This document shows, one piece after another, positions 1 through 14,390 of a stretch of 64,000 bases of DNA; position 1 is the stretch's first letter; the number at the start of each line of letters is the position of its first letter. A program made the position numbers and the translations under genes. The stretch comes from the human T2T-CHM13v2.0 reference genome, Homo sapiens. Location: assembly GCF_009914755.1 (NCBI RefSeq), contig NC_060927.1. One strand, written 5' to 3'. The notes beneath the pieces are model-generated. The model saw nothing but the letters and a program-made list of their open reading frames with translations. It was not told the origin of the DNA and did no database searches.

Positions 1-1508
1 ACCTCCCTTGTAATTCCCAGGTTCCCACTAGTGTCTGAGCCATCACAAGGTTTTTCCTCCATGTAAACCATGGGGATCTCATCAGTCCCCTCTGCCAGGG
101 CAACCCTGGCTGTGTGTCAGTGGGAAGGCAGGCTAGCTAGAGGGTAACAGCCGCCTGCCCTGCAGGAAATAGAGCTCCTGCACTGGTTGGTAAAACCCAG
201 TGGGCATGGCCTGGGGGGGGGTGGCTTTGTGTGGCGTGTTGCATTGTGTGTTGGTGGGGATGGTTGTGCATGTGTCTGCGTGCTGCAGGCAAAGAGCACT
301 GGGCTTTCAAGAATGTGACTGCTACTTAAGGAGAAAGAGGAGGAGGGAAGGAGAGGAGGTGTGTGCAAGCCACAGCAAGGACTGTTTCCTGGAGGAAACA
401 TGTGGTTTATTAATGAGGATTCCACCTGGCCTGCCAGGAAACCAGAGCCCAGCTGGAGAGTGTGTGGGGGTTCCTGTGAGAGGGCAGGGAGAGGTGGGGG
501 TGTGACAAGAGAATGAGGAGTGGTGATGGCATGGTAGTAGGCCAAGCCTGGGAGAGTTGCTGCTCTGTCTCCTGGACAGGTCGGGTGCAGCACCTGAGTG
601 GGAGGCAGCCCATGGCTGCACTGTTGCCATTTCTCTTGAGTCCCCTCAGCTCTCTTCTCTTACTCCACGTTTTAGAAAGGCTCCTTGTGTCTTACAGTGG
701 GGTGGCTGAGGCACTGTGCTTAGACAGGTCACAGTCTTTGTCACAGATATATGTGCTATGATCATAATGATATTTTTTAAAGTTAAAAGATGAATTGTTT
801 TTCATATAGCCTGACTAAGGGGAGTGGGGAGCGGGAAAGAAGGAGAGGGTAGAGAAGGCCAGAAGAGAGTACCTTGGGGTTTGTCTGAGGAGGGCTGCGG
901 AAAATGGGAGGGCTATGTGGGTTTTGGTTTCCAGTTCTTTCTTTCCCTGTAGTGCTTTGGTTTCCATTTCATTTCTGCTGCATGTTCTGAATGGCCCAGA
1001 AGGAAGGGATGAACAGCTCTGTGAGGGAGGGTGGGAAATAGGGCAGGAAGCTGCTGTCCTGAAATGGATGTCAGTTTCCATCCCACTCCCATCTGAACCC
1101 ACCCCTTTGCCACCTTCTCTCCCTAGCCAGCTAGACCAGACTCTAGGAGCAATGGTTCTTGTGCTTTCACAGTTTTCATGTCTTCTCTTGGCTAAGAGTA
1201 GCTCCTTCCAAACAAATGCTGTGCTCCCAAGCCACTCTGATTCAGAAAGTGGGTCTCTTCCTTTGGTGAACAGGAGTTGTGTTTCAGAGCCTGTAAGGCT
1301 GTAAAATGACCTTACTGATTGACAAACCCATCAGGGTTTATGCAGCTGCCTCATGCTGGTCCCTCCAAGGTGTACATCCTTTGGAAGACTGCGTGCATTT
1401 GCCTGATCCTGCTGTCACCCCCGCCATTCCCGGAGCTCTCTTTGGGAGCTCCCTTCAGCTGTGGGATGCTCTTTTGACTGTTTGCGGCGTGGCATGGCAA
1501 GTCTTTGC

Positions 1509-1818
<310 letters not shown>

Positions 1819-2310
1819 CTTTGTTCTTTTTGAGAGGACTTGATTTGTAGAATATTTTGTTTAAAGGCAGCATTGAAGACAAGTTGGGATTTGGATGCAG
1901 AGATCCCGCTGAGTGATTTTAGGCCTCTGGACCTGTCACTTTATGGCTATACCTGGGAATGTTGGGTGTGACCCTGGGACCTGAGTCTGTGCTATTGAAT
2001 ACTTTACCACACTCTGCCTGGAAGAGAAAAAGAGAAACCACCACATCCCTGTTCCAGGTGTTTGCAATGAGAGGTCTTTTTGTTTTTGTTTTGTTTTGTT
2101 TTTTAATAGTATTATTTGTGTAGAATTAGGTAGCAGACTTTAAAAAGGTGGAAACTATCAACCTTCCTCATTTGGTCTGCAGTTAGGGTTTCCCTGGGAC
2201 TCTGATGGGCAAGAGTTGGGTTTGCTTCTGGCACACTTGAGGGTGAGGAACTGACAAGGAGTAGTTCCTAGACCTAGAAATAGGCAAACAAATCTCTACA
2301 ACTTTGCCTT

Positions 2311-2403
2311 CAGTGGTACTTAACCATGGCTGCACATTAGAATCACCAGGGGGAACTTTTAAAAATGATCGAGTCCAACCCCAGACCAATTAGTCAGAAT
2401 CTC
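2311..2403. mobile_element. MER5-like hAT-Charlie fragment
   Basis: CAGTGGT...GGCTGCACATTAGAATCACC...CCAGACCAATTAGTCAGAATCTC resembles the MER5 consensus. Confidence 0.65.
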
Positions 2404-2414
2404 CTCACTTTATA

Positions 2415-2643
2415 GACCTGGAATAAGGCAGTTGACAGTTAGATGCCTGGTCCAAACGGCTAAGATATCCAGCCGACTGTGTGACCTAAAGCAAGTCACT
2501 TCCCGCCTCTGAAACTTGCTACCCTCAGTTCTAACAGGAGGAGCTAGCAAGAAGAAGCATGAATGTTTCCTCAAGATCAAGTGTTCTACGCATCTATGAG
2601 GCAAGATAGCATGGCAGTTTTATGCACAGATACTGAGTCAAAC
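2415..2643 (+). repeat. Dispersed direct duplicate of 4391-4627, flanked by an 11-bp direct repeat
   Basis: About 93% identity by eye. CACTTTATAGA at 2406-2416 and 2644-2654. Confidence 0.93.
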
Positions 2644-4390
2644 CACTTTATAGAGGAGGACTTGAAACTTAGATTTAGGATAAGATACTACCTTTGCACC
2701 ACCCCACTGCCCCCACTAGCCCTGGCATCACAAATCAGATGTGCAGAGGCAAAAGATGTGTTGTTAAATGGGTAGAAAAGACACTAACTCTTTGGAATAA
2801 TAACCTGGGTAAGAGGCCAGAGGGTGACTTCCAGTACAAACAACAACAAAAACCTCTGGATGAATTAACGTAGATTCTGAGGAGGTCTTTTGGCAGCTGG
2901 ATTACAGCTTGACAGAAAGACAGCTGGTGGAGAACAGTCACCCATGACCCAGCGGAGAGAGCGCATGAGCAGCACAGGGAGCCCCACCACCTCTCTCCTG
3001 CCTTCTGGATACCCAGCCATCCAGGAGGCCTCCCCATTTTAAAGGACCAGTTTGAGAACTGTCTGTGGGAGCAAACATTCATTCAAAACCCATTCCTAGA
3101 GAGCGGCTCATTCTCTGTAAGACACTGTCTCATCCAATATTCTCTTTACTACTTCTGATTATACCAATTAGAGAACTTAAAGCAGGTGATAATGTGTCTT
3201 TAACACTTTTCTTTAACACCTGCTGATCTCTGGTGTTTCAGAAAGTGGGTGTGGCTTGGGGCAATCAGCAGAAGTACAGAGGCAGTTAGAATAGCCCTGA
3301 GGAGCAGAAAGCAGCTTAACATAGATCAAGTAATGGGCAAAAGTTTGAACAAAGTCTAGATCCCACAGCCAGAGACTCTCCACATGTCTGAATGGCTTGA
3401 GAATTCTGGCACAAATGGGTCAGGAGAATTGTTTTCTCTACAGAACTCCAGGAACCTTTCTTTCTCCTCAAATTTGGAAGAACTCAGTTTATGTAATGAT
3501 TTAGGGTAGACATGGGTGCAGCACAGTTCTGGGAGAAAGTGTGAAGTGGATACTTACTTGGGGCTACTTTTTCTTCCTCCCTTTTCTGGTTTCTGTCTGC
3601 CTATGGTGAACGGTCTGCAGGTACTAGAGGCTGCCCAGGCATCATGGATAAGACTCCTCCCGATCATTCCTCCAAGTCATCCTGCACTGTCAGCCCTGTA
3701 GGACCAAAGCTGTGCTATGGCAGGGCCAGTGCCACCCTCATTAAATGAGGAACTCTTAGCTTGCCTTGTCCTTCTTCTCTGTCAGCCACTCCTCAGTGAC
3801 CAGGCTAGCTCTCTACCCGTGTTCAGTTTGTCACCTTCCCTGGACATCCTAGTGAATAGGTCTTATTTGAAGGTTAATTGTGCTCCATCACAGCCCAAGC
3901 ACTAGGGATTCCTGGTCCTCACACTAGGATTCTGACATCTTCACACTGCTGATACCCTGAAACACACACCCAGGCCAATGGAACCAGCCCCCAGCAGCAC
4001 ACACTAAGGAGGTAAGCAGAAATCTTCATCCCCCTGACTGGTCTGCTGGAGTGGTGCTTGTTATGGGTCTCTGCTTCCCCACCTGCCATCAGAATGGATC
4101 AATGTGATCTTTATTCCAGCAGCTGTTTTAAGTGGGAATCTGCCAGACATTCATAGAAATGGGGTAGATCTCAGGTGGCATCACATGAGTGGGGGCAAAC
4201 AGGGTCAGGCCATTTCTCTGCTGCCAGAGCACAGTGGAAACCATGAGGAGGATGGTCCTTATTCCTGAGTTAGGGGTTTTAGTACTCACACAGGATACCC
4301 TGGGCCTCCAAGCCAGATTATTTGATGTTTGCTTCTTCAAGGGAGGATTTTTCTTCCTGTCACTTCCAGAGTTCTCATGGTTTTATAAAA

Positions 4391-4627
4391 GACCTGGAGT
4401 AAGGCAGTTGACAACTAGATGCCTGGCCCAAATGGCTAAGATATCCAGCAGACTGTGTGACCTAGAGCAAGTCACTTCCCACCTCTGAAACTTTCTACCC
4501 TCAGTTCTAACAGGAGGAGCTAGCAAGAAGAAGCATGAATGTTTCTTCAAGATCAAGTGTTCTATGCATCTATGAAGCAAAAAAAAAAAAAAAATTGTAG
4601 TTTTATGCACAAATACTGGAGTCAAAC
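4391..4627 (+). repeat. Probable donor copy of 2415-2643; runs into a MIR (to ~4810)
   Basis: Direct alignment. Has A16 at 4579-4594 where the other copy has mixed sequence. Continues with CTCTGAGCCTCAGTTT (MIR core). Confidence 0.9.
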
Positions 4628-4987
4628 AAAACAAGATTCAAATCCTGATTTTACCCTTTCCTTGTGACTGTAAGCAACTTCTCTGAGCCTCAGTTTTCTT
4701 AACGGTAGGGCAGGATAATAAATAGCAGCTACTTATGAGTTTCATCTGAGGAATTCATAAGATAATGTATATAAATGTTAATACAGAGCCTCATGTGTTC
4801 AGTAAGTTAGCTTTTACCACTAATATGTGAATATGTCTCATTTTTACCAAAAAAAGTTGCCCCAAATTTCAGTAGTTTGGCTCTCATTGTATATGTCTAT
4901 TCAGCTGGAAGATTTGAGGTCCTCACGATTTAGAGGGCTAGCCAAGATGTAGCTGCTGGTCTCCTGCTTCCTTACCAAAGTTCATGA

Positions 4988-5401
<414 letters not shown>

Positions 5402-8400
5402 TAGTGTTCCCTTAACAAATTATTTCTTATAGTTTCAGTCTTTGCTCCTCATGTGGGCTGTCCTAAGAAGTTCTTAAGACTTATCATAACTTGCATTTAT
5501 TCTCTTTATCTAGCATTGTCTTGTGTCCACCTCTCCTTCTAGAATGAAACTTTCATGTTTCTGTCTTGTCCACATTTATATATACCTGGTGCCTGGTACT
5601 GGGCCAGCCACAAAGTAAATGCTCAATAAATGTATGTTGCATGAATAAATTAACGAACTAATAGATAATATGGTGCATTTATGTGACACTGTATTATTTG
5701 TGAAGCACCTTCATAATGAGGTTCTCCTTTTGAAGCCGTATGAATCTCTGTAAGGCTCTAGAAATTGGTCAACCAGAGCCTGGCTGTAGATACCCCACAA
5801 TAGCCATGACAGTTGCCACGTGGGAAAGCACAGGGTCATGGCAATGCATAGGAAGAGCCCCTTATCCCAGTGCGGATGGAGCAGGGTGGGGAGGGAATGT
5901 ATCTGTAAGAGAAGACTTCTTGGAAGAAGAGGCTTGTGAGGCTTGTGAATGTAAAAATGTGAGTAAAAATTACCCAGGCAAAGATGGGGTTGGCGTGGGC
6001 AAGCACAAAGGCATAGAGGCATGAGAGGGCAAACTGAATATAAAATTGAAACTAATAAATGCATTAAGAGAGGCATGGATAATGTGTTGTCTGTTTTAGC
6101 GAGGAGGAGATTGCTCTGACAGAGGATGATCAGGCAATAATGTAGAAGAAAGATCAGGAAAGAATAGAAGGTAGCATTTGAATTCAACCCTGTGGTCAGA
6201 TGATAATGGGCGGTATGCAAGGTGGTTCACTCATGTGGCCAGGGGAGAATCCAGAGAGACACTCTGGAATTTGCTCAGACAGGAACCTGGAAAGAAGTTC
6301 AGGAAGAAGAGATTGGAAGTCAAGATGGGAGAAAGTGGCATTTGTCTCCCTAAGGCCAAACTGTAATGTAGGACAAAGCTTGGCCTGGGGTTGTCATTGA
6401 CAGGTGCTCAGCCCTGCTGTCTGGGTCCAGAGAGACCTGTGGCTTGAGGCACTGGTACCCTAATTGCCCCCTGCCCCTGAAGTGGAGGTAATTGAGTCTC
6501 CTAAAGTGTGAAACAGAGCTGGGATAATAGTAGCAACTAAGACAGAGAAGGCAAATCCAAAGGCCAACAAACTGGTTGTGTAAGTTTGTAAATGAGCGAG
6601 GAGTGGCTTGAAGAGTGGTTTTTAAGCCTTCTCCAAAGACATAAAAACTTTACAGACAACAACAACTGTGCCTAATAAAACCACTTTGGGGGATTGTCTT
6701 CAATAGTGGGCTGCTAAATTGTGATCTCTGCTAGGCTACCATGAGTGAAAACGATCAGTTGTGACACGCCTATTCATTCATTCCTCACACACCCACCCAC
6801 CCACAGAAGCCCTCTACACCTGGATCTATCAGACCTGGAGCCAGCCCAGTGGGTCAGGAGATAACTCTGTGGGCATCAGGTGTGGGCAGGACCTAACATG
6901 CACCTAGAGAGACACCCAGGCCTTGCCCAGAAGTTTGAGATGTGGCTGCCAGGTCAGGTGTACGACAAGAAGCAGAAACCTCGCAGTGATTTCATGGCAA
7001 CTTAGAGAGGGGAGCCAGGGAAAGCAAATCTTCAGTAGGTGTCTGAGCACATGCAGCAATACTGGGGAGGGAAACTGCCAAGCTCTTTAGGGAAATCCTC
7101 ATTAGGCCAAGAGGAGGAGCTCAGTCTTTGCAAAAAGAACCAGACATTTACTCCAATGGCAGAAATCCTTCCAAGCCTATTCTTGCAATAAATGACTCCA
7201 CTGGAGAGAGCCTGAGGCCATGGAGAGAGAAACTAACATTTTCAACAGGCTTCTGTATGGTGTAGTTGTTGTTCACCTTGCAGATGTTGTTCTGACTTAT
7301 TTCATTGTTACTCTATCTATTTGTGTGTTACCTACTATTTATTAAATGCATATTGTAATATCTGATTTAGACAAAGTGAGTTTTTATCATTAAACTCTCA
7401 AAAACCACACCTAAGAGTGCTTAACTGTTGTCCTTGGATCACTATGGGGAGAATCCTGAGCTTTATCCCAGACCAACATTCATCAGAATATCTGGAAGGC
7501 TTCCCCCAAATCAGCATTTTTAAACAAGTGTTCTAGGTGATAAAGAAAGTCACTAAAGTTTGAGAAGCATTGGCATAAAGTGGTGAAAGTGCTTTTCTGA
7601 GATAGCACAGGCTTACTAAGTGAAAACAGCCCCAGTGGCATTTAATGAACAAAAGAGGAAATGGTACAAGAAACAGCTGATCAATCATCCAGTCATTTGG
7701 TATACATTTATGACTTCTGGGCCCAAGAGCCCTGGAGAGTCTATGAAACAGAACACAGCTCAGTTTGAAGGGATTGTAATTTATCACAAAGGGTGAGAAC
7801 CTGGCCAAGGGGGCCTCAGGGGACCCATGGCCCAGATGGGAAACTATAGGGCAGGGTGAGCACAGGGGAGACAGGGCAGTGGCTGCCTTCTCCCTCTCAA
7901 GTAGCAGGTGTGGGAACAGGAAGGGGGTCACCCACTGTTCTTTCCCCTCCTGAGGGGATTTAAAAGTCTGCTTTGAAAAATATTTTTAAATAAAAAATAA
8001 GGATATAAAAGTCTGCTGCTCCAAACTTCACCCTCCTATGCCCCCGTCCTCACCATACACAATGCAAACTTCTGCCCTTGAAAGTTTGATTCGGGCTAAT
8101 AAATATCTTTTAAAAGGTAAATCACCTAAAGGAAAAAAAGCAGGCTACCTGTTAGTTATGTTCCACTGTAAACGGGTCTGCTCAAACTGCTGTCATTTGA
8201 GCACAGTGAATGAGAGAACAGCCTTGGGGAAGAGGGCAGGCTGGGGAGCAGCTGCGGGAGTTGGTTGGCCAGAGAGCACCATGCAGACTCTGGCCACTGC
8301 TGGGGTTGGGGAGACAGAGCCAGGGGGTGGAAGTGCACCACAAGCAGCCTCTGATGTCTGTGGCACTTCCTGCTAATCATTACAGAGATTAACCAGGAAG

Positions 8401-8926
8401 ACTGCTTCCTTGCTCCAGCATTTATTCTGGCCCCAGCACCCCACTGAAATTTCCCTGACTCAAGAGACCGTGGCCTCTTGGTTGCTAAGTACAATAGTTC
8501 TGCTCTTAGTGAATGACCAGTCTCTCTGCAGCATTTGACACTGTGGTTCCTCCTTGCAATCCTCTCCTCCCTTATTTCTTTGACGTCATTCCTCTCCTGG
8601 TTCTCTCTAACCTCTTCATTTTTTCCTCAGGGTCATCTACTTCCTTCTCCCACCTCTTAAACACTGATATTCCTGTCAATTCTATTCTTGACTCAGAAGA
8701 TGGTTCTTTTCCTCTTCCTGGATTTTGCTGGGGGATCTCACCCACTTGTGTGCACATCAGCTACCACCCATTCGGGGATCTATTCATTCAGCAAATGTTC
8801 TTGAACACCTACTATGTGCCAGGCACTGTGTGACTCCTGAATAAAAATTTCCACACCAGATTTCTCTTTTAACTTCCAGACCATATATCAAATTGCCTTC
8901 AGAATTTCATATATGTATGAAATATA

Positions 8927-9078
8927 CAATTGGCCCTCTAAATCTGCTGGTTTCACATTGGCAGATTCAACCAACCAAAGTTTGAGACCTGCTGATTCAG
9001 AGAGGTGGCTGTACGTATTTTCCATCAAGGATGGTTGAGTACATGGATGTGGAACCCACAGATATGGAGGGCCAACTG
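8927..9078. mobile_element. MER2-like Tigger (TcMar) non-autonomous element
   Basis: TA-flanked terminal inverted repeats CAATTGGCCCTC...GAGGGCCAACTG. Confidence 0.75.
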
Positions 9079-9129
9079 TATACAATTTATATTTACATTA
9101 TTATTCATAACACTGTAATAAAAATAACT

Positions 9130-9580
9130 GTCTTAGACTGTGTTTAATATGACAGGGATTTGGATACAAATGATTTATTAAGGGTCTGCTATTCAGGAAA
9201 AACTTGTAAGAGACTGAAAGAAGCAGAGTTAGGAAAGGGGAAAAACCAACTAAGGATAGGTGAAGACTTCAGGTGAAGTCTAGCTGGAGCCTTCTGGGGA
9301 GACTGGGGAGGCGGTGAAAATGCATCACACTTCAGAGTTACTCTGCAATGAGGTAAAGGAGCTAGGCTCTGACACACCTGTACCAGACAGGCACTTGCTA
9401 GCCCTGGTGTGGGAGTATAACTGCCCAGGTTTCTCTTGGAGAAGCGTAGGCATCAGCTAAAGCAAGTATTCAGAGATGGTTACAGGCATCAGCTGATAGC
9501 TCCAAAACTCTTGGAACTGGAGAACACGCATAGTGGTTAGTAAAGGGACCCTGGGTGGACACCAGTGACATCTCCTATGG
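9130..9580. mobile_element. Old MaLR LTR (MLT1-like)
   Basis: TGTCTTAG start and TGATTTATT motif. Heavily diverged. Confidence 0.45.
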
Positions 9581-9789
9581 CAGCTTAGACTTACACAGAA
9601 CAGTCTGTGTATGGCACCATCCTAAGTGATTTATGTCTATTAGGCTTTAAGACAACCCTGTAATTATTATTCACATTTTACATTGTGGGAACTGAGGCAC
9701 AGAGAGGTTCCACAGTAAGTAAATGATGGGGCCAGTATTCAGGCCTAGGAAGCTGGTTCTAGTTTTCATACCCTTAGCTGCTGCCTCCC

Positions 9790-10045
9790 CTTCCTTGTTT
9801 GCACCAGGCACTGTAGTAGGCACTGAACATTCAACAGTGAAATGAATAAAAACTTCCTGCCCTTACTGAGGTTACTTTCCAGTGAGGGAAGATGGACAGT
9901 AAATAAGTAAAACATATTATCCAGATGGTAATAAGTGCTAAGGAGAAAAATAAAGAGAAGGGGTATAAAGAGTGCCGGGTGACAGTTACAGGTTTAAATA
10001 GGGTTGTCCATGGAAGACTTCCTTGAAGAGTCATTTTAGCAAAGA
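9790..10045 (-). mobile_element. L2 fragment
   Basis: CCAGGCACTG...CAGTGAA...CCTGCCCT...CAGATGGTAATAAGTGCTA. Confidence 0.6.
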
Positions 10046-11191
10046 CCCTTCTTCTACTCTTACACACTCCTTTGGGCTGACCCCAGTTTACCCTCCTTCT
10101 GCACAGTTGGAGGGTAATCTGTCTGAATCACCTGATCATGTTCCTTCTCTGAATCTTACCCTTCAGTGCCTTTAGGACAAATCCACTGCTCCTGCCTTGC
10201 CATATGAGGTGCATTCTGATTTGAAGCCTGCATCCACTCCAGTCTCGTCTCTTGCAAGGCCTGATTCTAACATTGTGGTGCCTAGGGCAAGAGTACAAAT
10301 GGAAGCTCACATACCCTTTGTCTGAATATGTGAAATTAATGTAGCAAGCTAACAAACTGTTAAATAAAACATGTTCTGTCCTTCTACCTTGACAAATATA
10401 TCTTCACAGCAACCTAGGAGGCCAAATTTAAATTTAGATTTGTTGGACTCCTTTGAGCTCCCAGGCCCAAATGTGGCAGCACAGTAGACCAGCCTCCACT
10501 CATGCTCTGCCTGCCTTCTCTCTCCACTCCCTAGCTCAGCCCTACATGGCAGGGGGACCTCATGCATTCAAGTGAACACCCCAGCTCACACATTTATATT
10601 CTAGCCACATCCTTGCAAGTAGCAGCCCTTTGCCACCCCTCAGGCTTAGGGGTACACATAATGGTGGTGTTACTTGCCCTTGGGAATTGGACCCTGGAAA
10701 GAGATACCCATGGGCCCAGGAAGTAGGCTAAGGGTCCTTTGGGCGGAGAGTATTAGGGTTTCAGATACTAGGAGCTTGGCCTAGAAGGGGAAGAGGGATG
10801 TGCAGCACAGACTGTATGTGGGTGAGTCATCTTGGCTCCTGGGGTGGAGGGGGTGGGGTGTGCAAAAAGAGGGACAGAGCCCAGAATGGGACTCTCCAAG
10901 GCACTCAGAGCTGCACTCTCTTGCATTCAAAGGCCTGAACCAGAGTTAGTCACTTGAACTTTCTCAATATGCCATGCTCTTTTGCTTCTCTGACTTTGTG
11001 GTTTTTCACAGACTCCAGAAGGGAGATCATTCACTTAGACTCCTTGCCCTAATTTATCCCATCTCCTCTGAGTCCCCTAACTTAATCCCCTCATCTCTGA
11101 CCCCCAACTCCTGTCCCCAAACAAAAACACCCACACATAGTGTCAGTGTGGTGGGTTATAGTATGATATAGTAACCTGAGCTTGGGTTTTC

Positions 11192-11324
11192 TTTTTTTTT
11201 TTTTTTGTATTTTTGAGTAGAGATGGAGTTTCACCACGCCGGCCAGGCTGGTCTCGAACTTCTGACCTCAAGTGATCTGCCCGCCTCAGCCTCCCAAAGT
11301 GCTGGGATTATATGCGTGAGCCAG
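11192..11324 (-). mobile_element. Alu left monomer only, inserted in a MIR, 17-bp TSD
   Basis: T15 + GTATTTTTGAGTAGAGA (linker) + left arm. CCTGAGCTTGGGTTTTC at 11175-11191 and 11325-11341. Confidence 0.93.
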
Positions 11325-11959
11325 CCTGAGCTTGGGTTTTCAAGTCAACAGTCCTGGTTTTGAATTTTCGCTTAGCCACTTACTAGTTATGTGATCTTAG
11401 GCAAATTTTATGCCTCCATTTCATCTTCTGTCACATGGAGATAACCATACCTAGTTTATGAAGTTATTGTTAGGATATAATGAAATGATGTATGGCAAAT
11501 ACTGAACTATAGCCCCAGCATAGAATGAGCACACAATGAAATAGTCGTTTCCCCTTTCCCAGCTATGCCCCTTACTTGAAACCAAACACACAAAGCACCT
11601 TGGAAGATTAGCCTGTTTTCACAGAAAGATGCCAATTAGATTAGGTCACAGCACTCAGCTCCTGGGCCTCTTTCTCCATCTCCTGAGTTATTGAGAACCT
11701 CCTACGGAATATTAGGACCTAATTTCTACTCTTAGTTGTCAGAAATGATTAGTTAACAGGGCATAACCTGCTACTGACCACCAGCTTTGGATGCTGGGAT
11801 TGTTGACCTCCAGCTCTTGGTAGCAACACAGAATATTTGTTGTTAGGGACAAAGAATTCTCAGGTCAGCATAATTACAGCAACAGAGATGGAGTCTGAGG
11901 AGCAGGGAAATAAGGAAGACAATCATCTCTAAGGAAAGGCAAGACCCACAGTTAACGTT

Positions 11960-12600
11960 GCCGAACCTGACATAGTTGGGCATGCAACAAATATAAGTTA
12001 AGCTAAACTAAATGATGCTCAGTGAGAAAACTCCTAAATCCCAATAGAAAGCCACTAATCCCTGATAGAAAGATGGACAAAAGAGCTGATCAGGTAATTC
12101 ACAGAAGAAATATTTACAGGCCAAAAAGCAATAACTAGTAATCAAAGAAATGCAAATTTAAATATAATATAATATATTTTTTAATAAAACGGGCAAAGAT
12201 TTTAAAAATTCTATGACCAGTGCTGGTGAGGATACAGGAAGGGGGTGGTACTGTCATACACTGCTGGTGGACATGTAAGTTGACATACCTTTCTGTAAAA
12301 CAATCATGAGAATGATCAAATAAGTTATGGTATAGGCATAAGATGGACTATCACTAAATGCAACAGATTGGAAGAAATTTTAGACATGAGAAAAAACTAC
12401 GTTACAGTGAAAAGTAGAACAGTATATGATATGAAAACTCTACGCACAGAAAAGGTGGAAAGGAAATAGGCCTGGGTGTTATAAAGTCCTACCATTAGCA
12501 TCTCTTGCATGGATCTTTGACTACTTCAACTTTTGTGTAATTATCAGGTGTTTCTCTTATAATGGGAAAGAAATCCTGTAATTTGGAGAAAAAGTCACAT
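11960..12600 (+). mobile_element. Ancient L1 (L1ME-like) 3' fragment
   Basis: AATCAAAGAAATGCAAATT...CCAGTGCTGGTGAGGAT...CATACACTGCTGGTGG. Confidence 0.65.
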
Positions 12601-13574
12601 TGCTTTAAGACAAGAAGATAGACAAAATTATTTATGGAAAGCTTCGGCCACTCATTGTTTCAATAAGTGTCAGGGAAGAAGAGGCAACTCCTTTCCTTTG
12701 GGATGCAGGATTGGGGAGAATACTCATCCTTTCTCTCATGCTGGAGAGAGTCGCCTCTCCTGGGGACTTTTCTATGTACCAGGGAGGCCTAAGTAAGCTG
12801 CCTTGTGCTTGAGACACTCACATAGTCAAGAGCTGTGGTCTCTTAATGAGGCTGTAACAATCTCATCACTGGTTGAAATTTAAGAATAAAGCCCCCCAAA
12901 AAGGTTTTTATTTCTTTTTGTGACCTGAATCCTTCTGTGGCCTTACTGCCAGCAGCTGTAAGCAACTGATATGTGGTAGGCACATATGTGGGTCAGGTAA
13001 CATACATAGTGGTTTAAACAAGTGCAGTCTGGGAAATGGGAAATTAAGTGAAAGACCCTAAGGAAATACTATGCTGGTATTTATATTTTAAAATGTGAAG
13101 TAACCAATGTCTATTTTGAATTATAAAATAAACGGATTGGCTTTAAAAACATAAGAGAAGGAAAGACCCCTAACTACCCAAACAGACTTTCTTCCAAACT
13201 GAGATGTTATAACTATTCTGACCTTCGTTTTTTTTCTTCCTATTCTCAGGAGTTATAGTCAAAGTTCAAATGTTTAAATAAACTTTGCTACTAAGTTATA
13301 TAGCAACATCTTGATTTATTTAGCCTGCTTATGTCTTGGTTTTCAAGATGGTCACTGTCACTTCATCTTGCCTTGATTTCAAGAGTCACTCCTCCCCCAT
13401 CGTCCCTCAACATCCTGATACGTGCATTTCACACTGTGACTCTTACAATGGAAATACATGAAACAACTGGTCTGCATCTTCCATTCCAGTCAGTTCCACT
13501 CTTGGCTCTCTCTGAGTGATCAGCATGACTCAGCGATCTGATTTTTTAAGCTGACTTACATTTTAAACCACAAA

Positions 13575-13770
13575 GCTGGGCATGGTGGCGCAAGCCTGTA
13601 GTCACAGCTACCTGGAAGGCTGAGGCAGGGGGATCATTTGAAGCCAGGAGTTTTGAGACTGTAGTGCACAGTGATTGTGCCTGAGAATAGCCACTGCACT
13701 CCAGCCAGTGCACATAGCGAGACCCTGACTCTTTAAAAAAAAAAAAAGTAAAAAGAAATAATAATAAACT
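13575..13770 (+). mobile_element. FAM (fossil Alu monomer)
   Basis: Single monomer retaining the 7SL-like CCTG(A)GAATAGCCACTGCACTCCAGCC segment, followed by an A tail. Confidence 0.8.
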
Positions 13771-14143
13771 ACAAGTAATACATCTTAAATACAATGGTGA
13801 TAAATACATGTTATTCATACTTTGTGTACCATCTCTCATCAACTGGCAGAATCAACATAGAGCCTTTTTTTGAAAAAGTATTCTTTGGCCCAGTTTGGGC
13901 TTAGTGGTAAGATGTACCAGTGCCTGTCACTGATGTGAGCACAGGGCAGAACAACACCCCTGTCAAGGACTTTCCATCTCAGGTTTAAGAGGCAACAGGG
14001 TCTCTGTCTTTAGAGAACTGGAATTTCAATGGGGAAAACATGATTCATTTTAGGAACAAGAAAGGGAGACAAACATTAAAATAAAAATCAAATACAATTG
14101 TGAATATCCAAATTGTAAACATCCCAACAAGTACAGTTGACTA

Positions 14144-14390
14144 CAGGTTGGGTAGCTCCTATCCAAAATGCTTGGAACCAGAAATGTTTTGGACTTTGGA
14201 TTTTTTTTTTTTTTTGCGGTGGAGGGGAATGTTTGCATTCTACTTGCCGGGTGAGTATCTCTAATCCGAAAATCCAAACTCCGAAATGCTGCAACAATCA
14301 TTTCCTTTGAGCATCATGTTGACCCTCTTAAAGTTTCAAGTTTTGGAGCACTTCAGATTTTGGATTTTCAGATTAGGGATACTCAACCTG
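14144..14390. mobile_element. MER46A/Tigger4-like DNA transposon
   Basis: TIRs CAGGTTG...GGGATACTCAACCTG with TA on the left flank. Internal AATCCGAAAATCCAAA and TTTGGATTTTCAGATT. Confidence 0.75.

Noticed and set aside
117-1304. Cluster of overlapping 66-158 aa ORFs at the window start
   Set aside because: Low-complexity G-rich intron sequence with no recognisable domain or exon boundaries.
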